Part shown: in pieces, positions 59,380 to 64,000 of the stretch
Position numbering within the stretch: the stretch's first letter is position 1
Layout: every line of letters starts with the position of its first letter
Source of the DNA: Eledone cirrhosa
Taxonomy: Eukaryota
Length of the DNA: 64,000 nt
Direction: 5' to 3'
NCBI GenBank assembly: GCA_964016885.1
Contig: OZ024740.1
Span: forward strand, 75,020,001-75,084,000
The notes under the pieces: generated by a model
Databases searched by the model: none
Told to the model about the DNA's origin: nothing
Seen by the model: only the letters and a program-made list of their open reading frames with translations
Program-made: the position numbers and the translations under genes

Positions 59380-60115
59380 TAAAGGCTAAAGAGATTTCGC
59401 TTGCTGATTTATTAGGTAAGATTTTAGAGAAGGTCTGAAGAATTTTGTGGGGGCAAGAAAAAATAATATAATCCCGTTTCCGGTTAAGCAAAATGTTATC
59501 GGACAATGATATCGTTAAAGCTTCAACGGAGTATAGATTACATTTATATGCATCATCATTGTATGAGCTAGGTAAATTGACAATAGACCAACTTATATCT
59601 TACCCTACCTTCGAGTCCTTTGAACTCGAGATGAATTCTGCGAATGACGTACTATGTTTGTTGTTATCATTTCTTTATGAGTTCGTATGTTCTCAAAAGC
59701 GTTTTGAAGTGTTAAAAGTAACCCCTGTATAATATTTAGTGGTGTTACTAGTTGATATCTTACATTTATATACTGTAATTCCGTTAAAGCGATACCCTTG
59801 CAATGGCCAATTATCTGGATTCGTGTAGTTACACCTAGTTCTAGACGGCGTATTTCGTGTTATAACCATGGGTTCCGAGTTACCTTGCAGGGAGGACCTG
59901 GTGGAGGTGCAATGCAATGTGTCATTTGCTTTATGAGAGATTATTCTTGCTTTGCTTTATTTCTTACCTGATATGATTGTTTGACTTTTATCAGTATTAA
60001 AGTTAATTATATTTGTCTATATTTTCTTAAGGTTACTGTCAGCTAGGTTTGGTGTTAAATAGGACAGCTCAACTGTACTTTTGTTTAGGATACTATTCTA
60101 ATCAAACCAAATGGA
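59380..60115 (-). pseudogene. Second, older PLE endonuclease relic related to 48046-48460
   Basis: SILNKSTVELSY...RCNYTNPDNWPLQG...TVYKCKI...KYYTGVT...KRF*EHTNS...HSTSFA. Confidence 0.7.
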
Positions 60116-60214
60116 AAATACAATTGTCTGAAAAGACGTGTTTCGCACAGTTAAAGCGGAAGTATACTGAATTCTAAAATTCGACAAAACCTATCATTTT
60201 CCTATGGTCTATGC

Positions 60215-60366
<152 letters not shown>

Positions 60367-60763
60367 TGTTTTTTCCCCTTTGTCTTTGTCCTGTGCGCCC
60401 CCTATTTTGAATTTATATTCTAAAGACTTAGTCATGCGGGCTTTTTTTTGAAATTATCAGATAATAGATAACCCACCACCCAGCCTGTTTTTCTCTATTC
60501 TCCCTTGTTACCTTTTCTACGCCTCAGTGTCTTTCTTCTTTGTCTGCACCTTCAACTATAGTCCTTATTATTCTCTTCTGTTTTACTATTTCTCTTCTTT
60601 CTATGTTTTTTCCCCCTTGGCTAAGCCCTAGCGTACTCTACATTTGCGTAATTTGCTTGGAGGCATAACTTGTCTGTTTTGCTATGTCCTAATGTGCACT
60701 CGAATAAACGCTATCGACCTTAATGCACCGAAATCGGTATATAAATAGAGAGATAGATGTGAG

Positions 60764-60798
<35 letters not shown>

Positions 60799-60959
60799 TT
60801 GTGCGCATGTTTTGTGTGAGTATGTGTGGCGGGGGTCGTGTCTATGTGTGTGCACGTAATTATATCACTTCAAAGTTGATATTCCATTCAACATGCAAAA
60901 AATGTTTTCTTTCCTACGTGAAACAGTGATGTTGAACAGTGACACCTTCTCTCGCGATA

Positions 60960-61260
60960 ACCTAGTGTGGTCGGCAACCAGCTCAGGCTTCGCTGCTCGT
61001 CAGCTCGAAGAAGTTAAACTGTCAAAGTATCGGCCACTCTCCGACAGGCTGGTGGTTGAGCTTGTGGAAGTAATCACTTCCGACGTTCTTCGTCCCAGGA
61101 CCATATCCATGCTCACTGCTATCGGAACGTTGTTGGCTTCCCACAGGTGAGAGAGCCCCACGAGATGGAGTTGTTGTTCTAGGGCGTCTCCCTTGCCGTT
61201 CTCCGGGGCAATGTTTTCTCCATTCTGTCTGCCGGATCTACGAGGTGGACTGACCCTTAA
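60960..61260 (+). mobile_element. Diverged CRE-like 3' fragment
   Basis: GFAARQLEEVKLSKYRPLSDRL...VSLAVLRGN. Confidence 0.65.
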
Positions 61261-61784
61261 GTTTCATTTATGGTGGTAGCATTTATTACCATAAACATGA
61301 TTAGTAAGAAAGTGAAAACATTTAGTAGTAACTCTCTTCCCTTCACTCACTATATACTTAACTTATTTCTTCGCCCTCTCTTAATATATGTAACTTACTC
61401 TCTTCCCCCTCTCTTAATATATGTAACTTTCTCCCTTCCCCCTCTCTCAATGTAAGTAAGCAATTGCGTTTGACAATACATAAATAAATAGTGTTTTTGT
61501 TAGACGTTAGTGAAACGTCGTGACATATTTACTGGCATTAAAATGTTTCCGCCGAGGTTAACTTTGCCTTTCATCCTTACGAGGTCGATAAAATAAACTA
61601 CCAGTAATGCACATGTTAGGAAGATCAGCTCTAATTCATTTTTAGTTCAAAACAATGTATTTTGTAACAAATCCGCAGGGACATTACAACAACTTGTGCA
61701 AATTGTTGGTTTGCGTGTACGTATTGTAACAGAGAATGAAACAAGTTTAATAGGTTTTTCTTATCAAAACAGCAACATTAACAA

Positions 61785-61969
61785 TAATTGTTTCTACTTT
61801 TAGCACAAGGCCAGCAATTACCCAGTACATTACTGGTACTTTATTTTATCGACCCCGTAAGGATGAAAGGCAAAGTTAACCTCGGCGGGATTTGAACTCA
61901 GACCATAAAGGGCCGTAACTCTTTGCTGCAAAGCATGGTGTCCGACCCTCTACCGATACTGCCAATCCA
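61785..61969 (-). mobile_element. Meta-domain SINE
   Basis: Consensus match; TSD ATTAACAATAAT. Confidence 0.85.
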
Positions 61970-63079
61970 ATTAACAATAATAGCAACAAACCAGGTCTCT
62001 ACGTTGTTGTTTGACCTGTTAAATATTCTGGTCTTTACTTTTAGTTGGTCTTACATGCTTAAGTTGTGTCTCTTCATGAAACGATAATACCCAGATGCAT
62101 GATAGAGGTGGGTTCGCTATCATTAATACACCCGAGAAACCTCACATGAAATACAGCCTCATAGGAAGTCGATCAAACCTACATAGCTGCAAGCCGCAAC
62201 AACAACTACAATATGAATAATAACATCAAGATCATGATCATGATGATCATGACTATCATAAACAACGACAACTTTTAGACTACTTGTATATACTGAAGTC
62301 TATCATTCATAGAAGGGAAATAGGGTTGCCCAAAAGAAACTTTGTACTCCCTGATAAAATTCTCTTCAGTTGCCCTCACTAGGACTGAAGGGGCTCTCTT
62401 ACCATATGTATATTGGCTATATTAATAAAAAAAAAACATTGAATAGTAAAAAATAGAAAACAAGGCTGCTATGAAATAAAATAAATTGTTGGTTCACCTA
62501 GAACTGATCAACCAATATATATATATTTAGACGTTAATAAACGAACCGTTTCATATTTATCATCTTCTATTATCTTCACTAATATACTCAACATTTGGTG
62601 TTCGAACTGCTGGAATACTCGATTTGGAACTGACGGAGGACCAGCACATACCGGCACCAGGTTCGACCATTATTGTATGCTTCTTCTTCTTCTTCTTCTT
62701 CTTCTTCTTCTTCTAATGTCGTTGACCTACCGTTCTCATACACCCCTTCAAGAAGTTATCTACAACAACTTCCCTATAAAAGTCTGTGTTATTGTGATAT
62801 TTCTATTTTGGTGGGGGGATTGCTTTCGGTGATATGATTTTTTATTGTTTTCAATCAGATAATTTACAATTTAGTTTGAAGATGTTCTGTGAGTATGCGT
62901 GTTTGAATGATTGTGCTTGCATACGTGCGAGTGCCGTTGTGTGATATTTGTTGGATGAGGTCTCTCTGGAGGCCCGTGGAGGCCCGTGTTTTTATTTCAT
63001 AGGTGTGTATATATCTGTGTGTCTGTATGGATGTGTGTATTGGTGTTATGCAAGGAAAGTTTTAAATAATAGACATTTT

Positions 63080-63720
63080 TATTAATATGGTCTTGCTCAG
63101 TTCTTTGAGGATATTTGCATGAATTTAGTAAAAGATGCATAAGTCATAAAAGAAGGGCATGAATAATCTTGACACTTTCTTGAGGCCTCTTCTCAATTAA
63201 TTCACCGTTAACATCGATGACTGCTTCAATACTAGGTCTGGCATGCTGAATTAGTGTTATGGAGGCGTAGTAGACCAACGCTGGAGAGCTAGGAGGCCAT
63301 ATGTTTAAAGTTACGTGATCGTGGAATTTGCAACTCATCCTCTGATGGGTCGTCTTGGCCTTATGAGACGACACAGAGTTATGCTGGTATGTGTACGGTC
63401 TTCCGTCGTTCAGACTTTCTATCCAAGACCTCACAAGCCCCTTATTGTCAGCAGCATAGATCCTTAAGCTCTGACGAAAGAAATGATGAGGCATGACATC
63501 TCCCTCGCTGCTCCATCACATTTGCCGAAAACCTTGTGGTTTCTGCATAACTATCCGTCATTCCTTTGATCGACCTTTTGACCATGATCAAAGTTTTTTT
63601 CTTATCAGAGAAAAAAAGCAAAGCATTTTAGGCTCTTGATGTTTCATTCACTCAAGAAGCACTCTGTGTAGATCAGACGGTTATCTTTTGTCTTTGCAGA
63701 CATGAATTGTCCTTTCTGTT
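63080..63720 (-). pseudogene. Tc1/mariner-superfamily transposase relic
   Basis: MPHHFF...GRPYTYQHNSVSSHKAKTT...IWPPSSP, corresponding to the QQD.AP.H...WPP.SPDL region. Confidence 0.75.
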
Positions 63721-64000
63721 TCACATATGACTTTCATTACAGAACAACCAAAGGCATTCTTAAAAGACAAATAGGAGCAATTGACATACTGCATGCTATA
63801 TTACATTTCTGTAAATTTGGTATATTGCTCCATCGCATCTCCCTAAAATTAGAAAAAAATCATCCTAATTATCTTTTGCTAAAGAAAGTTTTTTTTTCAT
63901 TTTGTCAGGCAGTGTAATCTATTAGCTATATAGTTATATTATTGTTGTTATTTGGATCATAATCGCCAAATCCAGTTTCATTTCAATATCAAAACATGTC

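Overview
AT-rich, microsatellite-saturated eukaryotic DNA with no recognisable host gene. Most ORFs in the track are translated (TA)n, (CA)n or (GA)n runs. The SINE content and repeat landscape suggest an octopus/cephalopod genome (inference). Recognisable elements: one near full-length but decayed Penelope-like element (PLE; RT plus C-terminal GIY-YIG, 48046-49922, minus strand); two more PLE endonuclease relics; R4/Dong-like, CRE-like and RTE-derived non-LTR fragments; Tc1/mariner relics and MITEs; about 24 copies of a tRNA-headed Meta-domain SINE; and a 2.6 kb satellite with a 26-bp unit. The most striking signal is non-coding. At least 10 unrelated short sequence families sit in (TA)n tracts and share one layout: a type I hammerhead ribozyme (HHR) with a usually palindromic stem III, then AATAAA, then a conserved YYGAGTRCT-like motif, then (TA)n. 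They are typically inserted as asymmetric fold-backs with one long and one short arm. One ~430-bp HHR family occurs at 8 loci, flanks the PLE ORF, and at 41360 is fused to another element exactly at its predicted cleavage site. All structures were read by eye; no folding or database search was run.
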